DNA of 64,000 bases from an uncultured Chloroflexia bacterium (GCA_963813335.1 CAWEYL010000003.1:480001-544000), one strand, 5' to 3'. Positions 33,493 through 44,864 are shown, numbered from the stretch's first letter. The notes: generated by a model not told the origin, from the letters alone. Numbers and translations are program-made.

Positions 33493-34526
33493 CACCAGTT
33501 GACGCCACCCTCGAGCGCGTCCTCCATCTCGTCGAGCGACATCGAGAACGTGCCGGCCGAGAGGTACTTCCAGCCGCCGTCGGGGAGCAGCGCCACGATC
33601 GTGCCGCCGTCCATCTCCCTGGCGACGCGGGCCGCGGCGACGAGCACGGCGCCGCACGACGGCCCGGCGAAGATGCCCTCGCGGAAGACGAGGTCGCGCA
33701 GCGCCGCGATCGAGTCCTCGTTCGAGACGAGGTACTTCGCATCGATCAGGTCGGGCTCGAAGATCTCGGGGATGAACCCCTCGTCGAGCGAGCGCAGCCC
33801 CTGGACCTTCTCGCCGGGGAGCGGCTCGACCGCAACGACCCGGACACCCGGCTTCTGCTCGTGGAGGTAGCGCGAGACGCCCATCAGCGTCCCGGAGGTG
33901 CCGAGGCCCGCGACGAACACGTCGATCTCGGGGCAGTCCGCGAGGATCTCCGGGCCGGTGGTCTCGTAGTGGGCGAGCGTGTTGGCCGGGTTCCCGTACT
34001 GGTACGGCATCACGAACCGCTCGTCCTTGGAGACGAGGTGCTTGGCCAGCGCGATCGAGCCGTTCGAGCCGAGCGCGCCGGGCGAGTCGATGACCTCCGC
34101 GCCGTAGAGCGCGGCCATCTGGCGCCGCTCGTTGGTGACGTTGTCGGGCATGACCAGCGCGACGCGGTAGCCCTTGCGCCGGCCGATCATCGCGAGCGCG
34201 ATGCCGGTGTTGCCCGAGGTTGGCTCGAGGATGATCGACTCGGGGCCGAGCAGCCCGCGCGCCTCGAGGTCCTCGATCAGGTACTTGGCGACGCGATCCT
34301 TGACCGAGCCGGTCGGGTTCAGCATCTCCAGCTTGGCGAAGATGTGGACGTCCGGGTTCGGGCTCATCCGCGGGATCTCGACGAGCGGCGTGTGCCCGAT
34401 CGCCTCGAGGATGTCGGTGTAGCGACCGCCGTGGGGGACCATCGCCTCGTGGGCGTGGGCGTGCGCGTGCGCCTCGTCGTGCGCGTGCGGGTCTTCGGCT
34501 TCGGGGAGCCGCCAGGGGACGGCCAT
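33489..34526 (-). CDS. cysM: CysO-dependent PLP cysteine synthase with His-rich N-terminus
   Basis: KLEMLNPTGSVKDR, PTSGNTG, GLGTSGT, DGGWKYLS. Confidence 0.9.
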   Translation of the reverse strand: MAVPWRLPEAEDPHAHDEAHAHAHAHEAMVPHGGRYTDILEAIGHTPLVEIPRMSPNPDVHIFAKLEMLNPTGSVKDRVAKYLIEDLEARGLLGPESIILEPTSGNTGIALAMIGRRKGYRVALVMPDNVTNERRQMAALYGAEVIDSPGALGSNGSIALAKHLVSKDERFVMPYQYGNPANTLAHYETTGPEILADCPEIDVFVAGLGTSGTLMGVSRYLHEQKPGVRVVAVEPLPGEKVQGLRSLDEGFIPEIFEPDLIDAKYLVSNEDSIAALRDLVFREGIFAGPSCGAVLVAAARVAREMDGGTIVALLPDGGWKYLSAGTFSMSLDEMEDALEGGVNWW

Positions 34527-34529
34527 GGG

Positions 34530-34802
34530 TCAGCCCCCGGCCATCGCCGGCAGGAGCCGGACCTCGTCCGCTGCCGCGACCGGCGTGTCCAGCCCGGCGA
34601 GATAGCGGACGTCCTGGCCGTTGATGTAGACGTTGACGAACCGGTTGAGCTCGCCGTCCTCGGTCAGCAGCTGGCCGCCCAGCGACGGATGCCGCTCCAC
34701 GAGCGCGTCGACGACGTCCCGGATCGAGCCGCCATCGAGCTCCAGCGACTTGGCGCCGCCGACGTTCGGGCGGAGCACGGCCGGGATGAAGACCGTGCTC
34801 AT
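34530..34802 (-). CDS. cysO: MoaD/ThiS-family sulfur carrier (CysO-like)
   Basis: LNRFVNVYINGQDVR, C-terminal PAMAGG. Confidence 0.85.
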   Translation of the reverse strand: MSTVFIPAVLRPNVGGAKSLELDGGSIRDVVDALVERHPSLGGQLLTEDGELNRFVNVYINGQDVRYLAGLDTPVAAADEVRLLPAMAGG

Positions 34803-36025
34803 GCGCGCGCCTCGGGCGAGACCGCGCCGGCGGCACCGGTCATCGTCATCGCGAACGGGATGTCGTCGCCGACCGCGTCCACGGTGATCGGGTGGCCGGC
34901 CTTGCGCGCGGCAACGGCCTTGTCCGAGCAGACCGGGCACTCCGGGTCGCGGCGGAGCTTGAGCTCGGTGAACTCGGTCTCGAGGGCATCGAACAGGAGC
35001 AGCCGGCCGGCCAGCGTGTTGCCGATCCCGAGGAGCACCTTGAGCGCCTCGTTCGCCTGGAGCAGGCCGAGGATGCCGGGGACGACGCCGAGGACGCCGG
35101 CCACGGAGCAGCCGGGCGCGAGCTCGGGCGGCGGCGGGGTCGGGTACAGGCAGCGGTAGCACGGCCCCTCGAACGGGACGAAGGTCGTGAGCTGGCCCTC
35201 GAAGCGGAAGACCGAGGCGTGGATGACCGGGATGCCGGCCGCGACCGCCGCGTCGTTGAGGATGTAGCGGGTCTCGAACGTGTCGGTGCCGTCGAGGATC
35301 ACGTCGTAGCCGGCGATGATCCGCTCGACGTTCGCGCCGACCAGCATCTCCTCGTGGGCGACCACCTTGATCTCGGGGTTGAGCGCCTGGATCGCGATCC
35401 GCGCGGACTCGACCTTGCGCTCGCCGACCCGGTCGGTCGTGTGGATGATCTGGCGCTGCAGGTTGCTGACGTCGACGACGTCGAAGTCGACGATGCCGAT
35501 GGTCCCGACGCCCGCCGCGGCGAGGTACAGCGCGCCCGGCGAGCCGAGCCCGCCGGCGCCGATGAACAGCGCCTTCGAGCCGAGCAGCTTCGCCTGGCCG
35601 GCCGAGCCGACCTCGGGGATCAGCAGGTGGCGGCTGTAGCGCTGCTTCTGCTCCGCCGAGAGCACGACCGGCGTCTCGAACTCGAGGCCGGCGCCCTTCC
35701 AGGCCTGGAAGCCGCCCGACATCGACTTGACGTTCGTGTAGCCCATGTCGGCGAGGGTCTGGGCCGCGAACAGCGACCGCACGCCGCCCGCGCAGTACAG
35801 GATCACCGGGGCGTCGCGGTCCGGGACCGCGCCCTCGATCTGCTGCTCGATGTAGGACTTGGAGATGTGGACGGCGCCGGGGAGGTGGCCCTGGTCCCAC
35901 TCGGAGGCCTCGCGGACGTCGATGATCGCCGCGCTCCCGGGCGCGAGGGCGTCCACCTGCTGGGAGGTGACTTCATCGATCTGGGCGCGGGCCTCGCGCA
36001 GGAGGTCGGCGTAGGACTTCGGCAT
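34799..36025 (-). CDS. moeB: Rhodanese-MoeB fusion, sulfur-carrier adenylyltransferase/sulfurtransferase
   Basis: N-terminal rhodanese (YCAGGVRS), RYSRHL, GAGGLG, SNLQRQ, CYRC, CPVC. Confidence 0.92.
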   Translation of the reverse strand: MPKSYADLLREARAQIDEVTSQQVDALAPGSAAIIDVREASEWDQGHLPGAVHISKSYIEQQIEGAVPDRDAPVILYCAGGVRSLFAAQTLADMGYTNVKSMSGGFQAWKGAGLEFETPVVLSAEQKQRYSRHLLIPEVGSAGQAKLLGSKALFIGAGGLGSPGALYLAAAGVGTIGIVDFDVVDVSNLQRQIIHTTDRVGERKVESARIAIQALNPEIKVVAHEEMLVGANVERIIAGYDVILDGTDTFETRYILNDAAVAAGIPVIHASVFRFEGQLTTFVPFEGPCYRCLYPTPPPPELAPGCSVAGVLGVVPGILGLLQANEALKVLLGIGNTLAGRLLLFDALETEFTELKLRRDPECPVCSDKAVAARKAGHPITVDAVGDDIPFAMTMTGAAGAVSPEARA

Positions 36026-36200
36026 GGGGCTGGTTGGCTCCGATGGGACGACGGGCTGGCGGCTGGCGCCAGGGCGGAAACGAAAGAGAGGACGGCCCCC
36101 AGGCCGTCCTCACGATGAGTGGTTCGCGGGCGGGGGCGGTTCGGATGACTCGCCGGCGATCAGGCCGGCCGGCGACACCTGCAGCGGCGCTCGATCCCGG

Positions 36201-36617
36201 TCATGCGCCGGCCTCGGCGGGGCTGGGGGTGAGGTTGGTGGGATCGGCCGCGCCGAGGTCCGCCAGCACGTGCTGGAGGCTGTCGTGGCTGAGCATCGCG
36301 CACTTGAGGCGGGCCGGGCTGATCTCGATGCCGAGCAGGTCGAGCAGGTCGTCGGCGCGGAAGCCACTGACCTCGGCGAGCGGCTTGCCCTTGATCTCGT
36401 CGGTCAGGAGCGAGGCGCTGGCCTGGCTGATCGCGCAGCCGCGGCCGGTGAAGCCGACGCGGTCCACGACCCCGTCCTTCACCCCGAGCATCAGCGTGAT
36501 CCGGTCGCCGCAGAGCGGGTTGGCGCCCTCGTACGACGCGTCGGCGTCCTCGACGACCCCGAAGTTGTGGGGGCGCCGGTAGTGCTCGAGGATGTAGTCG
36601 CGGTAGAGGTCGTCCAT
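36201..36617 (-). CDS. sufU: SufU/IscU-type Fe-S scaffold/sulfur-transfer protein
   Basis: YRDYILEHYRRPHN, NPLCGD, GCAISQASAS, RLKCAML. Confidence 0.92.
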   Translation of the reverse strand: MDDLYRDYILEHYRRPHNFGVVEDADASYEGANPLCGDRITLMLGVKDGVVDRVGFTGRGCAISQASASLLTDEIKGKPLAEVSGFRADDLLDLLGIEISPARLKCAMLSHDSLQHVLADLGAADPTNLTPSPAEAGA

Positions 36618-36643
36618 GGCTGTCTCGAAGTCTAGCGCGTCTG

Positions 36644-36674
36644 TCTAATCCCGACCAGCAAGGTCGGGATTAGA
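36644..36674. promoter_or_regulatory. IscR/Rrf2-type operator upstream of sufU
   Basis: TCTAATCCCGACC-AGCAA-GGTCGGGATTAGA with perfect 13-bp arms; minus-strand TAGACT at 36629-36634. Confidence 0.75.
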
Positions 36675-36975
36675 TCCGGCCGGCTCGGGCCCGTCGGTGG
36701 GCAGGGACGCGTCAGAGCGCCGGGACGCGTCGGAGCGCGGCCGGGGCGCCGTCCTCGTGCTCGGGGCGCCGTCCTCGTACCCTGGGCCGTCATCGTCACG
36801 CGCTGGCGCCGTTGTCGTGCGCTGGGCCATCCATGGACCGTCCGACAAAGGAGCCGCATGGGATCGCCGTCGGATAGTCCTCTGACCACCTCGGATGCTC
36901 TCTTCGTCGTCGATCGGCCCGCCATTGGTCATTTCGATGAAGGAGGACGAGCGGGCGACCGCCTCCGGACCTTCG

Positions 36976-37048
36976 GCTGGCCGGTCGGACGGTCCGTCGG
37001 CAGCCCACGCGTGCCAGCCCGCTGGCCGGTCGGACGGTCCGTCGGCAG
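36976..37048. repeat. 28-bp direct repeat, two copies
   Basis: gctggccggtcggacggtccgtcggcag at 36976 and 37021. Confidence 0.9.
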
Positions 37049-37169
37049 ACCACGTCGGCCCGTGAGCGCAGTGGCCGGCTGTGCGGGTCAGTACTGTTGC
37101 GACCCTTGGACGGTACGAAACGCTCCCTGCACGGCGGTCGCGAGGCCCTATCGTCCATCACCCGTGGTG

Positions 37170-38450
37170 ATGAGTGGCGCGCACCCGACCTCCATCTCGC
37201 TGTCTGGCCAGGCATCGAAGCGAGGCCCGATCCGGCGGGTGCCCACGGCCGAGCGCCTCACGGGCGACATCGAGACCTGGCTCCGGACCGAGTACGCGAC
37301 GGCCGTCCGTTCGATCCTGCGTCAGATCAAGTCGACCGGTGAGGAGCGCCTGCTGGTCGACTTCCATCCCGCGGCCGCGCCTGTCGCGATCGTCGTGAGC
37401 GAGTCGGGTCAGGTCGACGTCACGATGGAGGCTGTCTACGCGGGTCCCGGGTATCACCGCTTCGTCGGGCGCGTGCTCGAGCGTCTCGGGCAGGAACTCT
37501 CGATCGAGTGGGACGCACCGTCCGACGATCCGTCGGCGGCCGTCAGCTTCAGTGATCGCGCGGCGACCGAGCACGACTACCTGGGCTGGCTCGGGACGGC
37601 GCTCGCCGACGTCCGCGCAGCACGGCGGCTCGGATCAGGACCGCAGCATCTCGGCACCCCGTCAGGCGTGACGTACTCGATCGGCGGGGCGCTCGCCACG
37701 GTCCTGGGACCACGCGACGACACATGGCTCGATGCCGCGATCGCCGATCCGCGCCATGCGATCGACATCGTGCCCTGGTGGGCCGACGCGACCGACGGCC
37801 GATCCCTCATGAATCAGGCGCTCGTTCTGATGTGGCTCGAGATCCGCTGGCGCCGTCCCGCCCTCGAGGGTGAAGCGGCGACATTCGACGAGGTCCATCG
37901 CCTCCTGTCACGCGCATACCCGCTCGACCCGGACCTCCCCTACCCGTGGACCGCCTGGGCGGAGTTGGCCACCCTTCGCGGCATCGATGACCCGATGGCC
38001 CGACAGGCGATCGCGCGGGCGGAACGCGACGGCGAGCCACCCGGGCCTCCGATCGGCTATCGGCGCCTGCCCGTCCGGATCAGCCACGAGGGTTGGGTCC
38101 TGGATGGCGTCCCCGGCTCGTTCGCAGAGCGCCGGACCGACGAGGAGTGGTGGGGCGGCGGAGCGGGCCGAGGCATCACGCTCGCCGCGATCGACACCGG
38201 AACGATGAGCGCGGAAGCATTCCTCGATCAGGTCGCAGCCGGGCTCGGCCCGGACGTCCTGGATCATCGGGCCGGTCCGATCGTCGGTCGTGGGCGGCTG
38301 ACGTCAGATGCGAGTTCCGGTGTGGCCGTCGGGGTCGTCGAAGGGTTCTCGGCCGTGCCCGGTTCCGGTGCGGTGATCCGCATCGTCTTCGACGATCCGG
38401 CCGACTGGCAATGGGCGCTCGAGACGTGGCGAGGGCTCGCCCCGGGCTGA
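37170..38450 (+). CDS. Hypothetical protein (426 aa)
   Basis: Uninterrupted ORF with protein-like composition (FHPAA, AGPGYHRF, Trp-rich). Confidence 0.75.
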   Translation: MSGAHPTSISLSGQASKRGPIRRVPTAERLTGDIETWLRTEYATAVRSILRQIKSTGEERLLVDFHPAAAPVAIVVSESGQVDVTMEAVYAGPGYHRFVGRVLERLGQELSIEWDAPSDDPSAAVSFSDRAATEHDYLGWLGTALADVRAARRLGSGPQHLGTPSGVTYSIGGALATVLGPRDDTWLDAAIADPRHAIDIVPWWADATDGRSLMNQALVLMWLEIRWRRPALEGEAATFDEVHRLLSRAYPLDPDLPYPWTAWAELATLRGIDDPMARQAIARAERDGEPPGPPIGYRRLPVRISHEGWVLDGVPGSFAERRTDEEWWGGGAGRGITLAAIDTGTMSAEAFLDQVAAGLGPDVLDHRAGPIVGRGRLTSDASSGVAVGVVEGFSAVPGSGAVIRIVFDDPADWQWALETWRGLAPG

Positions 38451-38529
38451 ATGCCGCAGGAGGGGGCGATCGCGCTGGCCTCCGATCGGCTGCGCGCGGC
38501 GTGGAGGGTCGTCGTGCGATGCTTCGAGG

Positions 38530-39172
38530 ATGTACGTGCCCGCCCATTTCAAACCCGACGACGACGAGGTCCGCGAGCTCCTGCGGAATGTCGGGGCCGC
38601 CGACCTGATCACCTCGACCGCCGACGGGCTGCTCGCGACGATGCTGCCGCTCATCTGGATCGAGCCGAAGGCCGGCACGGACGGCTGGGGTGTCCTGCAC
38701 GGGCACGTCGCGCGCAACAACCGACAATGGAAGGTGCCCGCGGTCGGCGACGCCATGGCCATCATCCGGGGCCCGAACGCGTACATCTCGCCGGCCTGGT
38801 ACGCGACGAAACGCGAGCACGGCCGCGTGGTCCCGACCTGGAACTACATCACCGCCCACGTCCACGGCCGGCTCGTCATCCACGACGATCCGGCCTGGGT
38901 CGAGGTCAACGTGCGGGCCCTGAGCGACCGCCACGAGGCGGCGCGCGAGCAGCCCTGGTCGGTCGACGACGCGCCCGTGCCCTACATCGAGGGCCAGCTG
39001 AAGGCGATCGTCGGCGTCGAGCTCGTCGATCGACCGCGTCGAGGGCAAGTGGAAGCTCAGCCAGAACCGCTCCGACGCGGACATCGCCGGCACGATCGAG
39101 GGCCTCGAGGCGTCCGGCGAGAAAGGGGTCTCGGCGGCGATCCGGGCGCTCGGACGAGGCGGCCCGACCTAG
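38530..39172 (+). CDS. FMN-binding negative transcriptional regulator, PaiB family (frameshift ~39030)
   Basis: MYVPAHF, GHVARNN, GPNAYISP, VPTWNY, KWKLSQNR. Confidence 0.88.
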
Positions 39173-39412
39173 CCGAGGACGCCCTCCCATCCTTCGCCAC
39201 GCGACAGGGCAGGACGCGTATGCTCCATCCATCACGGTCAGGCGTCGAGCCTCACTTCCGGATCGCGACCCGGAACGCAGCCTAGCGCCTGCAGGTGAAG
39301 GGACTGGCTCACAGTCCCGACTTGGTTGTCACAGATGGAGGAGGCCCGGGTTCGGCGTATCGCGCCGCCCGTTGGTCCATCGGGACACAAGCCCTTCGTT
39401 GAGGAGGTACAC

Positions 39413-40535
39413 GTGCAAAACCAGAAGGTCCGTCTCGCCGCCTTGTTCGGGATCGCAGCGTTGCTCCTGGCGGCATGCAGCAGCGCCGGCTCATCGCCCG
39501 CGGTCGCGGCAAAGGACGCCAAGTCGGCCGCCGACATGGGCGGTGTCGACGCCGTCTGCGCCGCCGGCAAGACCGAGGGCACCGTCAACATCATCGCCAC
39601 CCCGCCCGACTGGGCGAACTACGGGCAGATGATCACCGACTTCACGGCGAAGTACGGGATCAAGGTCCAGTCCGACAAGCCCGGACGGCAACAGCCAGGA
39701 CGAGATCAACCAGGCCACCCAGCTGGCCGGCACCGGGCGCCAGCCCGACCTCTTCGACCTGGGATCCGTCGTCGCCGCGGCGCACACCGACATGTACGCC
39801 CCGTACAAGGTGGCCACGTGGGCGGACATCCCCGACGCCAACAAGGAGGCCACCGGCCTCTGGTGGAACAACTACACCGGGTTCATCACGATCGGCTACG
39901 ACACCAAGCTCGGCGACATCCAGAAGCTCGCCGACCTCGCCGATCCCAAGTACAAGGGCAAGGTCGCGCTCAACGGCGATCCGCTCAAGGCGTCGGCCGG
40001 CTTCAACGGCGTGGTCGCGGCCTCCCTGGCCAATGGCGGCTCCGCGGATAACATCGCGCCCGGTGTCGACTTCTTCAAGAAGCTCGCCGATAGCGGCAAC
40101 CTCATCCCGGTCGACCCGGACCCAGGCACGATCGCGGCGGGGACCACCCCGATCGTGATCGACTGGACCTACACCAACGGCGCCCAGACCGCAGTCCTCG
40201 CGCCGAAGGGCATCACCTGGAAGACCGTCGTCCCGTCGGACTCGCCGCCGGTCGCCGCCTACTACAACTCGGCGATCAACAAGGACGCCGCGCATCCCGC
40301 GGCCGCCCGCTGCTGGTTTGAATACGCGTTCTCGGACGCCGGCCAGAACACGTGGCTGAAGGGCTTCGCCCTGCCAGTCCGCCTGGCCGCCATGCAGAAG
40401 GCCGGGACCGCCGACGCGGCAGCCCTCGCCGCCATCAACCCGCCGACGACCCCGCCGGTCCAGCTGACCCAGGCGCAGACCGACACGGCCACGAAGTACC
40501 TCACCGACAACTGGAAGTTCATCGCCATCAAGTAG
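39413..40535 (+). CDS. ABC substrate-binding lipoprotein, PotD/AfuA-like (frameshift ~39680)
   Basis: Lipobox LLAAC, PPDWANYG, YKVATW, ALNGDP, HPAAAR; GAGGAGG RBS. Confidence 0.85.
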
Positions 40536-40566
40536 CCCGGCCTCTCGGTCGAGCGGTCGCGTCGAC

Positions 40567-41507
40567 ATGACCGATCCATCGGTCAGCACGGCCCGGCCGA
40601 CGCCACGGTGTCGGCCGGCCCCGCCTCGAGCGGGGCCGGTTCGCGCCGCCTCCGGGGAGCGGCGAACTACGTCGCCCTGACCCCCTTCCTCGCCTACGTC
40701 GGGTTGTTCCTCATCGTCCCGACGCTGGTCGTCACGTACGGGGCGCTCACGACCGCTGACGGCCAGTTCACGTTCGACAACATCGCCAGCATGTTCACGG
40801 ACGATGTCTTCGTCCAGGCCGTTCGTGCGGTCGATCCAGCTCGCGGTGGCCACGGCGATCGCGGGCGCCATCTTCGGCGGCGCTCCTCGCCTGGGCGGTG
40901 GTCCGCGGCGATCCCGACGGCCTCCTTCGGCAGCTGGTGATCGCGGCATCCGGCGTCCTCGCCCAGTTCGGCGGCGTCATGCTCGCCTTCGCGTTCCTCG
41001 CGACCTTCGGGATCCGGGGCCTCGCCACGGTGTTCCTCACGGACACCCTGCACCTCGACCTCCTCTCGGACGCGTCGTGGCTCTACAGCCTCGCCGGCCT
41101 GGCCGTCGTCTACACCTACTTCCAGATCCCGCTGATGCTGATCGTCTTCCTGCCGTCGCTCGACGGGCTCCGCCAGGAGTGGTACGACGCGTCGTCGAGC
41201 CTCGGCGGCAGTCGCCTGGTCGTTCTGGCGACGCGTCGGCGGGCCGATCCTCGCACCGTCCTTCCTGGGCGCGCTCCTGCTGCTCTTCACGAACGCGTTC
41301 TCCGCCTACGCGACGGCCGCGGCGCTCGTCAGCCAGGGCAGTCCGATCGTCACGCTCCAGATCGCCTGACAAGATGCAGAGCGAGGTCGTGCTCGGGCCA
41401 GGAGAATGTCGGCAAGGCGCTGGCGCTCGGGATGATCCTGGTCGTCTCGCTGGTGATGGCTGCTCTACGCGTTCATCCAGCGGCGCGCCTCGCGGTGGGT
41501 CCGATGA
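40567..41507 (+). CDS. ABC permease 1 (frameshifted)
   Basis: SGVLAQFGGVMLAFAF, YTYFQIPLM, NAFSAYATA. Confidence 0.8.
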
Positions 41508-42399
41508 CCGACATGCAGGGCCCCGAGCTCGCGGCGCGCGGCGCCGGGAGGCGGCGCGCTGCATCGCGCGGCCGACCGGTGCGGTCGCCGGGGGCCACGT
41601 CGGCATGTCCCGGCACGGGCTCGCGATCCTCGTCATCGTGCTCGGCTACCTGGTCCTGCCGCTGTTCGCGATGCTCGAGTTCTCGACGCGCGGCAACTAC
41701 GGGAGCCGGAGCCTCGACTCGTACGCGGCGATCTTCTCCGACCAGAACCTCATCGACGGCATCACGAACGTCGCTCGAGATCGCGGTCCTGACGGTCGCC
41801 GGCATGCTCCTGCTGCTCGTGCCCGACGATGGTCTGGACGGTCGTGCGCGTCCCGCGCATGCGCCAGGTGATCGAGTTCCTGTGCCTGCTGCCACTGGCC
41901 ATCCCGGCCATCGTCATCGTCGTGGGGATCGCCCCGATCTACCGCTGGATGGGCCAGCACCTCGGGGCGGTCGGGGCGTCCCCGTTGACGCTCGCCTTCA
42001 TCGACATCATCCTGGTGCTCCCCTTCGCGTACCGCGCGATCGACGCGAGCCTGCGGTCGATCGACACGGCCACGCTCGCCGAGGCGGCCCGCAGCCTGGG
42101 GGCCAGCTGGCCGCGGGCGATCTTCCAGGTGATCGTCCCGAACATCCGCGGCGGCATCGTCTCGGCGTCGGTCCTCGCGGTCGCGCTCGTCCTCGGCGAA
42201 TACACGATCTCGTCGCTGCTGTCGTTCAACACGCTGCAGGTGGTCATCTACCTGCTCGGCAAGCGCGACCCGTTCATCGCGGTCGCGGTGTCCTTCGCCG
42301 CCCTGACCTTCGCGTTCGTCCTGCTGTTCGTCATCACCCGCTTCGCGCCCGGGCCAGGGCCGCGGTACCGAGCAAGCCGCCGAGGAGCCCACGACATGA
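41504..42399 (+). CDS. ABC permease 2 (frameshifted)
   Basis: LPLAIPAIV, EAA motif LAEAARSLGA, LGEYTI. Confidence 0.8.
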
Positions 42400-43470
42400 C
42401 CGTCAACGAGCCTCGCCCCTGCCGCGAACGGGCATGGCGTCGGCGTCGAGTTCCAGGAGCTGCACCGCTGGTACGGCCCGGTCCATGCCCTTGACGGGCT
42501 GACGATCGACATCAAGCCGGGCGAGCTTGATCGCGCTGCTCGGGCCGTCGGGCTGCGGCAAGACGACGGCGCTCCGCGCGCTCGGCGGGCTCGACGTCGT
42601 CGACGCAGGGACGGATCCTGGTGGACGGCAAGGACATGACCCACGTGCCCGCGAACAAGCGGAACATGGGCATCGTCTTCCAGGCCTACAGCCTGTTCCC
42701 GAACATGACGGCGCGCGACAACGTGGGCTACGGCCTGCGGCTGCGGGGCGTGGACGGGGCGAGGCGCAAGAAGCAGGCCGAGGCGATGCTCGAGCTGGTC
42801 GGGCTCGCGCAGCAGGCCAGCCGCTACCCGCACCAGATGTCGGGCGGCCAGCAGCAGCGCGTCGCGCTCGCCCGCGCGCTCGCCATCGAGCCCAAGCGTG
42901 CTCCTGCTCGACGAGCCGCTGTCGGCGCTCGACGCGAAGGTGCGGCGTCAGCTCCGCGAGGAGATCCGGCGCATCCAGATCATGATCGGCATCACGACAC
43001 TGTTCGTGACCCACGACCAGGAGGAGGCGCTCGCGATGGGCGACCGCGTCGGCGTCATGTCGGCTGGCCGGCTCGAGCAGATCGCGGCCCCGTCCGAGCT
43101 CTACGACCGCCCGCGGACGCGGTTCGTGGCCGAGTTCGTCGGCCTGACCAACCGGATGCCCGGGACCGCCGCCGGCGGATCGGTCAACGTGCTCGGCACG
43201 CCGGTGCCGCTGCTCGAGGGCTCGGCGCAGTCCGGACCGGTCCACGCGCTGGTACGACCGGAGAACGTGCGACTCGCGGCCGCGGATGACGGCAGGGCGC
43301 GGGTCCTCGCGGTCAGCTTCCTCGGATCGCTGTGCCGCGCCCAGGTCACGCTGCTCGACGGGACCCTGGTGGTCGCGCAGATGTCGGCGTCCGATGCCAG
43401 CGGCCTGATCCCGGGGGCGGCGGTCTCGGTCAGCGTCGTGCCCGGCCCGGTCTTCGCCGTCGCCGACTGA
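42396..43470 (+). CDS. ABC ATP-binding protein, PotA-like (frameshifted)
   Basis: GPSGCGKTT, FQAYSLFPNM, MSGGQQQR, LLDEPLSALD, VTHDQEEA. Confidence 0.88.
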
Positions 43471-43497
43471 CGCTGCCCAGCGAGGATCCCCGCGGTC

Positions 43498-44864
43498 ATG
43501 AAGCAGATCACCGAAGCCGCCCGCAGCGTCGACGTCATCCACGAGACCGACGTGCTCGTCGTCGGGAGCGGCCCGGGCGGGCTGTCGGCGGCGCTCGCGG
43601 CCGCGCGGGCCGGCGCCACGACGACGCTCCTCGACCGCTACGGCTGCTTCGGCGGGAACATGACCCAGGTCGGCGTCGAGAGCATCGGCTGGTACCGCCA
43701 CGAGGCGACCGTGGAGGCCGATGGGATCGGCCGCGAGTTCGAGGAGCGCGCCGCGGCGATGGGCGCCGCGAACCCCGAAAGCCAGTCGCTGAGCATGGGC
43801 ATCGACGGCGAGCGCTTCAAGTACGTCGCGGACGTGCTGGTCGCCGAGGCCGGCATCACCCCGATGCTTCACCGCCTCGCCGTGCGGCCGATCGTCGAGG
43901 ACGGCGCCATCCGTGGGGTCATCACCGAGAGCAAGTCGGGCCGCGAGGCGGTGCTCGCGAAGCGGGTCGTCGACGCAACTGGCGACGCCGACATGGCCGC
44001 GCGCGCCGGCGCGCCGGTCCGCAAGACGCCGAAGGAGGAGATGCTCGCGGCGTCCGTGATGTTCTCGATGACCGGCGTCAACAAGCGCAAGTTCCTCGAC
44101 GAGGTCAAGGCGGATTCGCCCACCTACCGCGACTGGGCCGGCAACGCGGAATGGGACATCGAGACCACCGGGAAGGAGGACGAGCTCTTCTCGCCGTTCC
44201 TCCGCAAGCCGTTCAAGCGCGCCGTCGAGGCCGGTCTGATCCCGCCCGACTTCATCACCCTCGCCGGGACGTGGGGCACGATCACCGACCAGGGCGACCT
44301 CACGTACCTCAACCTCGTCCACCTGGCCGGGGTCGACGGCACGGACGCGGACGCGCTGACCCGCGGCGAGATCGCCGGTCGCGAGGAGGCGATGCAGGCG
44401 ATCAAGGCGCTCCGCGCGTTCATGCCCGGCTGCGACGACGCCAAGCTCCGCAACTTCGGCATGACCATCGGGATCCGCGACACGCGCAAGATCGAGGCGC
44501 TTTACGACCTGACCGAGCGGGACGTCCGCGAGCAGGGCCGCTTCGAGGATTCGATCGGCATCTTCCCCGAGTTCATCGACGGGTACGGGATCCTGATCCT
44601 GCCGACCACGGGCCGCTACTTCCAGGTGCCGTACCGCTCACTCGTGCCGAAGGGCATCGGACACCTGATCGTCGCCGGACGGTCGATCGGCGGCGACAAG
44701 GTCTCGCATGCGTCGACCCGGAACATGATGTGCTGCGCGGTCAGCGGCCAGGGTGCCGGGGTCGCCGCGGCCGTCTCGGTCCGGACGGACCAGCCGTTCG
44801 ATCGGGTCGACGTCGCGCACAGGTCCAGGCCGAGCTTCGTCGCCAGGGCGTCCGGCTCGACTGA
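43498..44864 (+). CDS. FAD-dependent oxidoreductase (frameshift near 3' end)
   Basis: VVGSGPGG, VDATGDAD, QVPYRSLVP, AGRSI, GQGAGVAAA. Confidence 0.88.

Noticed and set aside
33042-36025. Antiphage ubiquitin-like (E1/JAB/Ubl) system
   Set aside because: No E2 or CD-NTase; the embedded cysM identifies the CysO sulfur-carrier pathway
36976-37048. Mini-CRISPR (28-bp repeat x2)
   Set aside because: Only two copies, a 17-bp spacer, no leader and no cas genes
39285-39400. SAM-I or ykkC riboswitch upstream of the ABC binding protein (GGTGAAGGGACTGG; GGGTTC..GGTCC..CGGGACACAAGCCC)
   Set aside because: Only fragments match; the SAM-I GCAACC/GUGC and the ykkC ACAC-containing region are not in the right arrangement. 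An Rfam cmscan would settle it
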